Source: a virus
Lineage: Duplodnaviria; Caudoviricetes
Reading direction: 5' to 3' (one strand)
Length of the DNA: 34,835 bases
IMG/VR virus record: IMGVR_UViG_3300005805_000246
Location: 1-34,835 of that record
Shown one piece after another: positions 1-9,599 of the stretch. A program made the position numbers and the translations under genes. Every line of letters begins with the position of its first letter. Positions within the stretch are counted from its first letter, which is position 1. The notes beneath the pieces are model-generated. The model had not been told where the DNA came from and searched no databases. It saw only the letters and a program-made list of their open reading frames with translations.

Positions 1-290
1 GGCGTGGGTGCAGTAACGGGGGGTGGTGGTGCAATGGGTTCAGCAGGCTTGATGACCTGCGGCATTTGCACCTCTGGGGACGGGGCATCCTTCATCTTGG
101 CCCCACCCTTGAGCAGGCCTCTAAGGCCCGTCACAATGCCGGCAACCTCTACTGGCTCCATGTCTGCAGGCTGCAGCTCCGGGACCGGCACCGGCTCCTG
201 CACGGCCTCCTGCTCGATGGGCAGCTCTGGCTCCGGGGAGATTGCCGCAGTAATATCGTCAAGCCTAGACTCTAGGGCTTTAATGGCCAT
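1..290 (-). CDS. N-terminal part of the large internal virion (ejection) protein; runs off the left end and probably continues at 34835
   Basis: ATG at 290-288 overlaps the TGA of the upstream gene. The frame is open to base 1 (MAIKALESRLDDITAAISPEPELP...PPPPVTAPT). Not in the ORF track. Confidence 0.8.
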   Translation of the reverse strand, partial: MAIKALESRLDDITAAISPEPELPIEQEAVQEPVPVPELQPADMEPVEVAGIVTGLRGLLKGGAKMKDAPSPEVQMPQVIKPAEPIAPPPPVTAPT

Positions 291-2095
291 CACTTATTCC
301 CTCCGAGCGGTGTCTGGGCAGCGGATTTTTGAGCGGATGCCTCCTCTCGTTGCTTGCGTAGCTTGTCTAGGCGCTTGGCATTTCGCTCATTGAGTTTTCT
401 CTGAGCCTCTGGATCAATCGCGCCTGCTTTGCTGCCAGCTCTGGGTTTTTTACTTCCTGCGCTGCCATCAGCTCCTGCAGTAGCTGCTCTGAGTTTTGCG
501 AGCTGGTCTCCATAACCGGCTTGCTCGAGGATTGGCTGGAATCTTTGATCATAGAAAAGTGTCCTAAAGTCAGGGGTCGATGCAATCAGTTCGTTTGTAA
601 TCGCGTCATCACGAATTAATTGTACTGCTGAACGCGTCTCACCTGCTGATCCTGCGGTTTCATAAAGCGTCTTCGCCCAAGACCAAATCGTCTCCTGCAC
701 CTCGGCTGGAGTCCAGGCTTCCCCGGTCAGATTGGTAAGATAATCTGCGGTCTCACGCACCCGTGCATTCATGGCCAGGTAGCCAGGCCCCTTGCCGGGA
801 TCGGTCTTGGTTAGGCTGCCGCTAAAAATCTTTTGATCGACCAAGGCAAAAGAGGCCATCCAAGCATCGTTTGTTACTTCATTGACATTGCCCTGCAGGT
901 TGCGCATAAAGCTGTCAACCTTCGGACCAGACAACATTACAGAGCTTGGGTCTTCAGCTGAAAGTGCCCGCACACTATTATTTATCCAGGCATCTAAAAC
1001 GGACTCTTCGCCCTTGCCGCCCTGGACCGATTCGCCCATAACACGGACAATTGAGTCTCGATCTACCGGCCTGCCAGCAGCGGTCCAGTTTTTCCAAATC
1101 TGCAGCGCGTTGTACAGGTTAGATTCAACGCTGGTCTGTGGGCTGGTGGCCGAAAGCAGCGCAGCAAACCGGCTTGCATCAGGTCCGAACACGTTGACGA
1201 TGGCCTGGGTGCTGCCCTCGTACCAACCCTTCTTGGCAGAACCGGCAAGAGCTGCCGCACCAAACTCCTGCTTGCTGGGTAAAGCGGTCAGATTCTCGAC
1301 AAAGGTCTTGGCCGTGTTTGCCTTAAACTTGGCCTGCTCGGCCGGGGTGAGGTTTTTCACTGCCTTGGAGAGAACGGCCGCTTGGTTGACCGGCAGCTCC
1401 ACTTGGCGCTGGCCAACCTTGACGGGCACAACCGTGTCGCCCTTGGCAGTTGCCTTGGGCATGATATTGGCCAGTGGGCTCATCTGGCCGGCAGCCTCTA
1501 GCACCGCTGTGCTGGTAGCTTGTGGGTTGCCAGTAATGGCCTGCACCGCTTTGTCCCCGGCCACGTTGGCAAGCTCACCAACTTGCCTGGCCGCTTTCAC
1601 AGTACCGGCAGCACCAGGCACCAGACCCAGGGCACCGACAGCTGCGCTAATAGCAGCCTCTCCGTACTCACCCCTCTGTGCAAAGTCGGCGGCATCCTCA
1701 AGCATCCTGCCGGCCTCTTCTGTTTGTAGGCCCGTTCCCAAGAAGGGGACAATGTCGGCCACTCCAAGCTGCAGCGGCAGGTTAGAGCTCGGGCCACCGA
1801 CAAGGCTCTGCGCCTGGCGACGTGCCTGAAACCGCTCCATGCCGAAAGACTCAAAGCCAGCCTGCAGAAACTCAGCCAGACGCTCTCGGACCGTGGGGTC
1901 ATAAGCAGTCATGCTGGGCGACTCTGTCGCTACAACAGGGGCAACAAGCTCTGGCTTAACCTCTTCGGGGGCGGTCGGCTCCTCGCCAACCCCGGTGATG
2001 TCAATGCGCATTGGCGGGGTCTCATCCGCAACAACCGGGTACCGGCTGGCCGTGATCTCATCAAGATACAACTGATCTATTTCAGATGGTCTCAT
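290..2095 (-). CDS. Internal virion protein with a C-terminal HhH-GPD/EndoIII-like DNA glycosylase-fold domain
   Basis: 601 aa in the ejection-protein block. Ala/Gly-rich N-half. Motifs GWY, FAALLSATSPQ, GPKVDSFMRNLQG, VTNDAW, VQETIW. Confidence 0.6.
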   Translation of the reverse strand: MRPSEIDQLYLDEITASRYPVVADETPPMRIDITGVGEEPTAPEEVKPELVAPVVATESPSMTAYDPTVRERLAEFLQAGFESFGMERFQARRQAQSLVGGPSSNLPLQLGVADIVPFLGTGLQTEEAGRMLEDAADFAQRGEYGEAAISAAVGALGLVPGAAGTVKAARQVGELANVAGDKAVQAITGNPQATSTAVLEAAGQMSPLANIMPKATAKGDTVVPVKVGQRQVELPVNQAAVLSKAVKNLTPAEQAKFKANTAKTFVENLTALPSKQEFGAAALAGSAKKGWYEGSTQAIVNVFGPDASRFAALLSATSPQTSVESNLYNALQIWKNWTAAGRPVDRDSIVRVMGESVQGGKGEESVLDAWINNSVRALSAEDPSSVMLSGPKVDSFMRNLQGNVNEVTNDAWMASFALVDQKIFSGSLTKTDPGKGPGYLAMNARVRETADYLTNLTGEAWTPAEVQETIWSWAKTLYETAGSAGETRSAVQLIRDDAITNELIASTPDFRTLFYDQRFQPILEQAGYGDQLAKLRAATAGADGSAGSKKPRAGSKAGAIDPEAQRKLNERNAKRLDKLRKQREEASAQKSAAQTPLGGNK

Positions 2096-3675
2096 TTTGT
2101 CTGGTTGTCCCTGAGTATCTTGATCTGCTTGTCAATAAAATTGAGCTCGTCGTCCGAGTACACCTTTAGCCGGCGCAGGTCCTCAATGCTAGTGTCGGCC
2201 GTAATCTTCACCTCGAGCTTTTTCTTGGTTAGTGCCATCGCCTCAAACCGCTTGAGGTTATTTACTGCGGCGGCCTTGATCTGGTTCGCCTCGTCTGTTT
2301 TTTTGTAGTCTTCCAGCGCCTTGGCGTACAGGCCATCGTAATCAATCGGCATTACCTTGTCCGGCGGCAGCAGCCTGTTCTTTTCCTTTTCCTGCTGAAG
2401 CAGGCGGTCAAAACGCCCCTCAAGCGCGTTCTTCTTAACAAACCTAGACTCCTTCGGATCGAAGGTGCCCTGGATCAATCCAATGCCAGACTCGTCCTTA
2501 ATCTTGTTGCGAATGGCCTTTATCTGGTCTTTGTCCTGCGCCATGATTGCAGACTGCAATCTATCTAGCTGGCCAGCGTCAATGCCGCCAGGCCGCACAA
2601 ACTTCTGCACCTGCCGATAGTCAGTGATTAACCCGTTCTCAATGTCGTCACGCAGATTGGAAAACAGCAGTGGATCGCCACCGCTCTCAGGTGCCTTGAG
2701 CACCCTGTCGATATCTGCAACAGAGTCAGCAAATTGCACTAGTTGTTTGCCGAGTTGCGCCTTAACAACCGGGTTGGGCTCTTGCAGCCATTTCCTGTAT
2801 GTCTCGACATAGCTGGCATCGTTCTCCATTTTCTTGAGCTTGGCATCCCGATCCCTGGCCGCAATGTTATCGACGGCCTTGGCATACATCACTTTTTTAA
2901 TCTCGATGCGCTCTACCTCAGACTTGCTCGCCCAATCCTTGGTGAACTTGCCAGCGTCACCGGCATCCAGCCTGGCCAACCTTTCTGCTTCAGTTAAGCC
3001 AAAGTCTGGGGAAGAAAAGTATTTGGCCATGGCAGATTGCTCTGCTGCTCTGTTGACCTTCTCAAACTTTTCCAACGCCAAAGGAATGAGCGACGGGGCC
3101 TGCGTAGCCTGGGCGTATATCTTGCCCCTGGCGGCCGACACCATCTGCGCCCGCTCCTCGGGGTCTTGCACATACTCGTAGACACTTTCCATTGTTTTGG
3201 AAAGCGCACCCAGCGTCTCATCAATTCCAATCTGTGCCTGTGCTTGGTAAGCCTTAATAAGAATGTCCGAGCTCTTGTTCATCAAGACCTTGCCAGAACT
3301 AGCAATCGACTGCATAAGACCCTGGGCCTGCTCGGGCGATACCTCTGCCAGGCCGGTGGCCAGACCACGCATGGCCGTGACCTCTTCCTGAATTGCGTTG
3401 TAGCTACTGAGCTGCCCAGTCTCCACCCTGGTGGTCAGCTCTGCAAAACGCTTCTGCACTTCGCCCTCAAGCTCTGCCCGCACTTGGATGCCGAGCAACT
3501 GGTTTTGCTTGTCTCGCTCCTTCTTAACCTCACCAAACGCAAACTGAGATATCCGATCCAAAGAGCTTGCAATGCTTTGCGAAAGCTCAGACGATTCCCG
3601 AAGGTTTGCAAAATCCATACGGGGGATATCTGCCGAGACTAAGCCAGACTCTTGATAGCGTGGAAGGCGTGCCAT
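2092..3675 (-). CDS. Internal virion (ejection) protein
   Basis: 527 aa, helical/coiled-coil character, MARLPRYQ-type N-terminus, located after the tail tube genes, ATGA coupling to the next gene. Confidence 0.65.
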   Translation of the reverse strand: MARLPRYQESGLVSADIPRMDFANLRESSELSQSIASSLDRISQFAFGEVKKERDKQNQLLGIQVRAELEGEVQKRFAELTTRVETGQLSSYNAIQEEVTAMRGLATGLAEVSPEQAQGLMQSIASSGKVLMNKSSDILIKAYQAQAQIGIDETLGALSKTMESVYEYVQDPEERAQMVSAARGKIYAQATQAPSLIPLALEKFEKVNRAAEQSAMAKYFSSPDFGLTEAERLARLDAGDAGKFTKDWASKSEVERIEIKKVMYAKAVDNIAARDRDAKLKKMENDASYVETYRKWLQEPNPVVKAQLGKQLVQFADSVADIDRVLKAPESGGDPLLFSNLRDDIENGLITDYRQVQKFVRPGGIDAGQLDRLQSAIMAQDKDQIKAIRNKIKDESGIGLIQGTFDPKESRFVKKNALEGRFDRLLQQEKEKNRLLPPDKVMPIDYDGLYAKALEDYKKTDEANQIKAAAVNNLKRFEAMALTKKKLEVKITADTSIEDLRRLKVYSDDELNFIDKQIKILRDNQTK

Positions 3676-3677
3676 TG

Positions 3678-4145
3678 TCAGACGGTCCTTGTCTCTATTG
3701 GTGCGGGTGCCTGGGTTGTCTCCATCCCAGAGGCTGCTGCACCGGCAAGTTTTACGGCAGCGTCAAAAGTCGCCTTGCGTGCAGCTGCTTTCCCAGCGGC
3801 CTCGTACATCTGAGCTTGGATTGCACCGCCCCGCATGGCTGCATCTGCGTCTGCCAACAGTATTGCAAATTCACGCCCGGCCTTAGTGTCATTGACCGCG
3901 CGTATCAAGTCTGGCGACCCCGAGAACGGGTCCACGCCACCAGCGTATCCCCTGGCCACTAGCGTTGCGTTAGCCTCTAGCCTGCGTTGCAATACGTCGT
4001 TAGAACGCTGCTGGTACTGGATGGCCTTGCGCTGGCCCTCTACCGTAGCCTGTTGGGCTTTCAGCCCGTACTGCTGCTTCTGTATCTGGCCAGATTCGTA
4101 GGTTGAATATGCACCTAAGACTGCGGCTGCAATGGCGATTTCCAT
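3678..4145 (-). CDS. Small internal virion protein (T7 gp14-like position)
   Basis: 155 aa, hydrophobic Ala-rich N-terminus, YAGGVDPFSGSP motif, directly after tail tubular protein B. Confidence 0.65.
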   Translation of the reverse strand: MEIAIAAAVLGAYSTYESGQIQKQQYGLKAQQATVEGQRKAIQYQQRSNDVLQRRLEANATLVARGYAGGVDPFSGSPDLIRAVNDTKAGREFAILLADADAAMRGGAIQAQMYEAAGKAAARKATFDAAVKLAGAAASGMETTQAPAPIETRTV

Positions 4146-4148
4146 GTC

Positions 4149-6149
4149 TTATGTCCCCGGATAAGTGCTGATCTTGTATTCCAATCCCAGCAGAATCATT
4201 TTAAGAGGGATATCTTGCTCGATGGTGATCTTTCCCTCGTCTGAATAGCCAAGAATCCCAGGCAGGGTCTTGGTGCCGGTAAACTCTGGCACCTCCTCGT
4301 CGAGCACATTCGGGTCGTCCAGCGAGCGGAAGGGCACATTGGTGCCATTGATGATCAGGTGCTGGGTGTCTTTAACAAATACGTTAACTTCTACAATCCG
4401 CTTCTTGAACCCCAGCCGGGTGCCGGCAGATATCTTGAGGTCGGCAGGCATGGTCACCACCTTGACCGCATAGTCCAGGCCGATCTGATATGAGCTCGCA
4501 GCTGATCTGGCAAACGTCACCGTGCCGCCAGAGGCCACCGTCTGGTTGGCCTGCACCGCACCGTCCAGAATAATGTCCACGCTCTTGCCCACCAAGTGCG
4601 CAGCCGAGCCAGACGCTCCAGCCCCACCAGTCACGGCAGAGTCTGTGGTCAGCGTGTCATCAAACCGCTCAACGTAGTAGACCGTGGCGCTGTTGATCGT
4701 GCGCTTGACCACCGTGTAGATGGTGCTCAAATCCACGCCCACGTCCACAAACTCGCCATCTGTACTGAACTCGGATGGGGCAATCACGTTCTGGGCCCGC
4801 AGCAGCGAGAAGGCTGCAATCGTGCCATCTGTGCCGTTGGCAATCAACAGCAGGTCATTCTCATCTGTGGCCACCGAACGGCGCAGGGCCATGCGGGTGG
4901 GACCACGCAACAGGTGGCCAGAGAGCAGGGATATCTTGCTGGTGACGTAGGTCAACTGCACGTCGGTAAAGGCAAACTCGTTCAGGCTCTTGCCCTGGCG
5001 CTGCACAAATAGCGTGCCAGACTCTAGCTGCTGGACCCGGATGCCTTCCTGGCTGCCATTGCGGGTCGTAGACTTGATGAAGAAGTTGTCAGGGGTGATT
5101 GGCTGGAGGCCTTCCTGTGGGCAGTAGAACTCGCCACCTGTTGTAAATACCTGAAGGTCTCGGCCCGCCTGGATATCTGTGATGGCGTTGAACGTATTGG
5201 TGTCCAGCGTGGCTTCGACGGCATCGTCATCCAATCCCTCTGTGGCCTCAAAGTCAAAGAAGAGGCCGACCTTAGAACCCCAGACCGTGGACGGCCGGGC
5301 CCGTGAACCACCAAAGTAAAGCCGGCCCTCATGGAAGGTGACCGACCTGGGGTATCCCCTAGTGTTCGACCAGACAGCCTCGTAACCAGTCTCGAGCTCC
5401 CAGTCATTGTTGGCAATGGCCGAAGTGCTAAAGAAGGGAAACTCGGTAATGGCCTGCACCACCGTGCTGCTGGTGAATTGCACAATCTTGGCTCGGCCCT
5501 GTGGGCTGGCATTGATGTACTGGCCAACCGAGGCAGCGCTGAAAGGTGTGCCGGTGGAGGCCGTAAGGGTCACCTTGCCAGACACGGCCGACGGGGTCAG
5601 GGTGCCGGCAGGGTTGCTAAAGGATGGCGAAAATGCGTACTTAGGCGTAGAGTCAAAGGTAATGACCGAGCCAGTCCAGTCCGAGTCAGTAGCGCCCCGC
5701 ACAAGCTTTACTGGCGGGATATCTTCTTGCACTACGATCAGCGTGTCGGCCGACTGCGTCCATCCCAGCGTGGCAAGCCTGGCACCAGTCAGGCCCAGGC
5801 TTGAGGTGTCTAGGTAGTCAATCGAGCCACCATTGAAATCCAGAATCTGTGCCCCGTTCTTGAACACATACATCCGATTGTGAGTGAAACACAGCATATA
5901 GCTGTCACTGGTGCTGAACTCAAATGGCACCAGGCGCACGCCATTGCCGGCAGAGTCTGAGCCGCTGTTGGGCAGGTCAAGCACATAACGCAGGCCAGGA
6001 CGGCGACGCACGCCACCCTGGGGCTGCACCACCACATTGGTGGCCTCTTCTAGTGCATTGCCATAGGCAGGCAGGTCAACCCGCGCCCGAAGGAGCGGGT
6101 CCATCTCCCCTGTCGAGAAGTTGGTCTGGATCGAGACAAATCGTGTCAC
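4149..6149 (-). CDS. Tail tubular protein B (nozzle)
   Basis: 666 aa, beta-rich. N-terminal QTNFSTGE...QGGVRRRPG and GYPRSVTFHEGRLYFGG motifs typical of podovirus nozzle proteins. Confidence 0.88.
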   Translation of the reverse strand: MTRFVSIQTNFSTGEMDPLLRARVDLPAYGNALEEATNVVVQPQGGVRRRPGLRYVLDLPNSGSDSAGNGVRLVPFEFSTSDSYMLCFTHNRMYVFKNGAQILDFNGGSIDYLDTSSLGLTGARLATLGWTQSADTLIVVQEDIPPVKLVRGATDSDWTGSVITFDSTPKYAFSPSFSNPAGTLTPSAVSGKVTLTASTGTPFSAASVGQYINASPQGRAKIVQFTSSTVVQAITEFPFFSTSAIANNDWELETGYEAVWSNTRGYPRSVTFHEGRLYFGGSRARPSTVWGSKVGLFFDFEATEGLDDDAVEATLDTNTFNAITDIQAGRDLQVFTTGGEFYCPQEGLQPITPDNFFIKSTTRNGSQEGIRVQQLESGTLFVQRQGKSLNEFAFTDVQLTYVTSKISLLSGHLLRGPTRMALRRSVATDENDLLLIANGTDGTIAAFSLLRAQNVIAPSEFSTDGEFVDVGVDLSTIYTVVKRTINSATVYYVERFDDTLTTDSAVTGGAGASGSAAHLVGKSVDIILDGAVQANQTVASGGTVTFARSAASSYQIGLDYAVKVVTMPADLKISAGTRLGFKKRIVEVNVFVKDTQHLIINGTNVPFRSLDDPNVLDEEVPEFTGTKTLPGILGYSDEGKITIEQDIPLKMILLGLEYKISTYPGT

Positions 6150-6760
6150 TGTCTGACCGCAATCAGGGCAAAGTCGTCAATGTAGTTGGTGGGCTGGCCC
6201 TGGCCATCCATCTGGATAGCGGTCCTCATATAGCCGCCCCGGCCGTTCTCGGATGGTGAGCCTACAGCCACGCCCTGCCAGTATTGTGCTTTTGAGTCCT
6301 GATCGGTGATCGGGTAGGCCAGGTGCCAGGCCATCATGTACTTGAGCAGCTGCACGAAGTAGACCGGCATCTCGAACTCTTGCACCGAATACTGATAGTC
6401 AATCCAGACCTCTTCGTAATCGGTCAGCAGCTTGTCTTGGAATATGCGGTACTCTTTGCTCGGCCGCTGGCCAGGCGAGGCAGAAGTGAAGATGGCCCTT
6501 GGTGGCCCGAGCCGGTCACCTGGCAACTGGTACTCGTAACGGTATTCTGTGGTGGGAGTGGTCACTAACCGACTGAGCTTGACCTTCTTAAAAGAGAAGC
6601 TCCAGGGGTAGACCAGCAGGGCCTGGTCTCGCAGGTCCGAGTAAAGCCGGTCAGAGATGTTGGCTGCGTCTGTGCCCTCGTTAAAGCTGGAGATGGCATT
6701 GGCCCCCAGCATGAGCAGGGCATCGGAGCAAATTGATAGTGCGGAATCACCAGCGGCCAT
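6146..6760 (-). CDS. Tail tubular protein A (head-tail adaptor)
   Basis: 204 aa. ICSDALLMLG...ISSF...YPWSF...YQLP pattern. Adjacent to tube B. Confidence 0.88.
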   Translation of the reverse strand: MAAGDSALSICSDALLMLGANAISSFNEGTDAANISDRLYSDLRDQALLVYPWSFSFKKVKLSRLVTTPTTEYRYEYQLPGDRLGPPRAIFTSASPGQRPSKEYRIFQDKLLTDYEEVWIDYQYSVQEFEMPVYFVQLLKYMMAWHLAYPITDQDSKAQYWQGVAVGSPSENGRGGYMRTAIQMDGQGQPTNYIDDFALIAVRQ

Positions 6761-6770
6761 TTTGTAGTCC

Positions 6771-7427
6771 TTATCTCCAAGCGGCCTTTAGCCACTCATC
6801 CTTCACATTCCTGGGTTTGTACACCCCTCCAAAACATACAATCTTGGTGCCATCTGGCGGTACTCCCCTGCCCAAAACATCCTTGCGGTATGATCTAATC
6901 CCAAACTGCTTCGTACCCAACAGGGGCACGTTCTTGCCCAAACTCGACCATATAAACGCCTGGTCTCCCAGGTATGGTCCGTCTTTGTTCGCCTGGTGAT
7001 ATTCTACCCAATACTGTGGGTTTAACACGAATTTATGGTACACATCAAGGTGCACCGGGCCAGAAAAGTACATGACGGCCGACGATGCGTAGGTGGGCCG
7101 GTTGAGGTTTTGCATCATTGCAAAGTCATGGCCGCAGCCAAAGATGTCCGAGAAGTCACCCAAGATGACGTTGTCGAGGTCCATGTAGACCGTTGGCCCC
7201 TGGATTACGCCTGGCCGAAAGAGCTCGACCTTAGACCACCACCCGCTCCAATCATGTTGCAGAGCAATGCGTTTGCATGAAACCTCAACGTCAGACAGGC
7301 AGACAAACTCATGCGGCAGACTCAGGTGCCTAGCCACCTGGTTGCCCAGCTTCTCCACGTCGCTGGCCCCGTAGATACCACCAGAGCGCAGAACGCAGAT
7401 TACGGTTGGTAGAGGATTAGCGTCCAT
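6771..7427 (-). CDS. GT-A fold glycosyltransferase (GT8-like)
   Basis: Motifs VICVLRSGG, FVCLSD, GWWSKVELF, DxD in YMDLDNVI, GDQAFI, IVCFGG. Start is 7427 or 7448. Confidence 0.8.
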   Translation of the reverse strand: MDANPLPTVICVLRSGGIYGASDVEKLGNQVARHLSLPHEFVCLSDVEVSCKRIALQHDWSGWWSKVELFRPGVIQGPTVYMDLDNVILGDFSDIFGCGHDFAMMQNLNRPTYASSAVMYFSGPVHLDVYHKFVLNPQYWVEYHQANKDGPYLGDQAFIWSSLGKNVPLLGTKQFGIRSYRKDVLGRGVPPDGTKIVCFGGVYKPRNVKDEWLKAAWR

Positions 7428-7837
7428 GGCCTGTGGGTCTTGTACCATTTCACCCTAGCAAATTCGCCAATGTACTTGTCAAAATTGTTATGCACCATGG
7501 CGGCATCTGCATCGTGCATCACCACCACATTGGCCACCTTGGCCAGCGCCGGCAGCCTTTTAATCCTGTTCTTGGTGGATTCCTCGCTGTCCAGAAAGAT
7601 CATGTCCCAGTGGCCGGCCGGTGGTTCCCAGCTCGCCCAGTCCACAATCTGCGCCCCTTCAAACTGGCTGGCCCATCCCTGGTCACTGGCCTGGCACAGG
7701 TAGGCAATGCCCTTGTGGGCTGCAATGGCCTTGAGTAGCGGGGTGGAGTAATGGCCGCAACCGAGCTCTAGGATGCCGTGCTTGGCCTCAAGCGCAGCCT
7801 CAATCAGCGGTTGTTGGTGCGTAGCGTATCTATCCAT
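7400..7837 (-). CDS. Class I SAM-dependent methyltransferase-like protein
   Basis: 145 aa. ILELGCGHYST (motif I), WDMIFLD, VVVMHD. Confidence 0.7.
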   Translation of the reverse strand: MDRYATHQQPLIEAALEAKHGILELGCGHYSTPLLKAIAAHKGIAYLCQASDQGWASQFEGAQIVDWASWEPPAGHWDMIFLDSEESTKNRIKRLPALAKVANVVVMHDADAAMVHNNFDKYIGEFARVKWYKTHRPWTLILYQP

Positions 7838-8438
7838 TTGGTGCTCCTAAGATATCCCTTGTTTTACCAGACATTGAGAATATGCCCTGGGTTCGGCCTT
7901 CCTCATGGTGTTTCTTGAGAATGCGCACCCAGTTGTCGATCTGGTCTGATCTGGCGTATCCATCGTTCTGGCTGAATTTGTTAGGGTATCCAGGAGCATA
8001 GCTTCTCTGGCCAGCGCTTAGTCCAATGCCGGCCATGATGACCTCATCAAACCCCATGCCGTGCCTGGCCCAGAGCGCACCGGCCACGCCCGAGCTGCCC
8101 ACCGCAAAGCTCAATGACGGCCAGATATAGTCAATGGCCTCGTATGCTTCCTGTCTGTAGGGTATGTGCCAGACCGTGCCCTTGGCCGTCTGCAAGGCCT
8201 TGGGCCTGGCGTGCACAATGATTGGCCGGTTGGCTGCCGCCCTGATCTTTAGCGTCATCTCACCGTGCTGGGTCCAGATATGCTCAATCTCTGGCACCAG
8301 GCTGGCAGCGTACTTCACCCCCAGGATGGTGGCATCTGGGCGCAGCTGACGTGCTGCTTCTAGGTCTTTAAAAAGAGAAGGGGATGCGCCACAGATAATG
8401 GCACACCCCCCATGCTTCACACCGTACTCGACAGGCAA
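7830..8438 (-). CDS. MptE-like/DUF115 (Maf-type, sialyltransferase-like fold) putative transferase
   Basis: 202 aa. AIICGASPSL, ILGVK, GSSGVAGALWA...GFDEVIMAGI. TTG start abuts the upstream stop. Confidence 0.6.
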   Translation of the reverse strand: MPVEYGVKHGGCAIICGASPSLFKDLEAARQLRPDATILGVKYAASLVPEIEHIWTQHGEMTLKIRAAANRPIIVHARPKALQTAKGTVWHIPYRQEAYEAIDYIWPSLSFAVGSSGVAGALWARHGMGFDEVIMAGIGLSAGQRSYAPGYPNKFSQNDGYARSDQIDNWVRILKKHHEEGRTQGIFSMSGKTRDILGAPNG

Positions 8439-8717
8439 TTAGTCGCTGTCGATGGTACCCACGGTCACGACACTGGTCACGTCAACCACGGTGCCGCTGT
8501 TAGCGTTAACCACCACAAAGCCGAAACCAGGAACCGTGTCAGCGCTTGAGTAAACATAGATCAAGTCGCCGACCTTGAGGATCGAGGCTGCGTCGTTGAA
8601 GTAGCCGGCACCGTCAATCGTGCCGATGGGATCGTTGGACTGGTACGTCCAAACCTGGGGAGATTGCCCAGCTTTAGAGCCGCCAACAAGGTTCAAACCT
8701 GCAACTGCGTAAGCCAT
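8439..8717 (-). CDS. Small virion protein, probable capsid decoration protein
   Basis: 92 aa, beta-rich. GYFN...LKVGDLI motif. Immediately after the capsid gene with an AGGAG RBS. Confidence 0.6.
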   Translation of the reverse strand: MAYAVAGLNLVGGSKAGQSPQVWTYQSNDPIGTIDGAGYFNDAASILKVGDLIYVYSSADTVPGFGFVVVNANSGTVVDVTSVVTVGTIDSD

Positions 8718-8728
8718 GTCAGTTCTCC

Positions 8729-9565
8729 TTAGGCGTCAGTGGTTTGGATTTCGACGATACCCTCTGCGTCGATGGCAATCGCACCGGCCGAGAACACTGC
8801 ATTGACCAAGAAGGAGGTCTTCTCAGGAATGTAGTTGATCTCAGTGCGGGGAGCGATACCCTCGGCGTAGCCGACAGCGTCACGATGGAACGCCCAGAGC
8901 TTGCGCTCGGAGTTGGCGATAGGCAGGCCGCCTTCGGCACGGTCACCCAGAGTGTGGAAGGTAAAGCCCAAGAAAGTATTGAGCTCACCCGACACCAGGG
9001 CACGCACCGTGTTGAAGTCTGCCGAGGTAACGGCAGTCTCAGCAAGCAGCGAGGCCAGGCTGTTGGCGTGGATGATCATGTGCCGGTTGTCCATCGGGAC
9101 GTTGTTCTTGTCCAGAAGGCGCTTGGCAGCACGAAGCTTTGCCACGTTCAGGCCGGTATCCGTGCCACCCTCGTCCTCGGTCACCGTGTTAGCGGTGGAA
9201 GAGGCAGCCAGGGCATCAAGGATGATCTGGTCTTGACGGCGGCCGATAGCGTTGGCAACCACTTGGACCAGCTCTTGGCGCTCGTCAAAGTTGACCTTGG
9301 CCTGATTGAAGATGTCGCTGTACTCAGCGGCATTCCAGTCTTGCAGGGTGGCGGTCACATTGCTGAACGACACATTGAGAGGCGTAACGTCGGACTGGGG
9401 AACACGCACGGTGGCGACACCCTTGCCGACTTTCGGGAACTTAACGGTAGAACCTTCGACTCCACGACGCTGACGAACCGCACCGACCAACTGGGCTTTC
9501 GCCTGATAGGCCTGCTTAACCTCGGCATCGAAGAGCGTGATAAATGCTGGTGAAAGCGTAGACAT
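8729..9565 (-). CDS. Major capsid protein
   Basis: ~278 aa. Strong RBS (TAGGAG), follows the scaffold. FDAEVKQAYQ, TFLGFTFH and GAIAIDAEGIV resemble BPP-1/APSE-like capsid proteins. Start is ATG 9565 or GTG 9568. Confidence 0.9.
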   Translation of the reverse strand: MSTLSPAFITLFDAEVKQAYQAKAQLVGAVRQRRGVEGSTVKFPKVGKGVATVRVPQSDVTPLNVSFSNVTATLQDWNAAEYSDIFNQAKVNFDERQELVQVVANAIGRRQDQIILDALAASSTANTVTEDEGGTDTGLNVAKLRAAKRLLDKNNVPMDNRHMIIHANSLASLLAETAVTSADFNTVRALVSGELNTFLGFTFHTLGDRAEGGLPIANSERKLWAFHRDAVGYAEGIAPRTEINYIPEKTSFLVNAVFSAGAIAIDAEGIVEIQTTDA

Positions 9566-9599
9566 CACAGTCTCCTAATAAAATTGAAAAAGGTTGGTT

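Noticed and set aside
882-1829. 315-aa plus-strand ORF (also 8744-9553, 10796-11623, 33476-34234)
   Set aside because: Antisense shadows of well-supported minus-strand genes, with no RBS or recognisable motifs.
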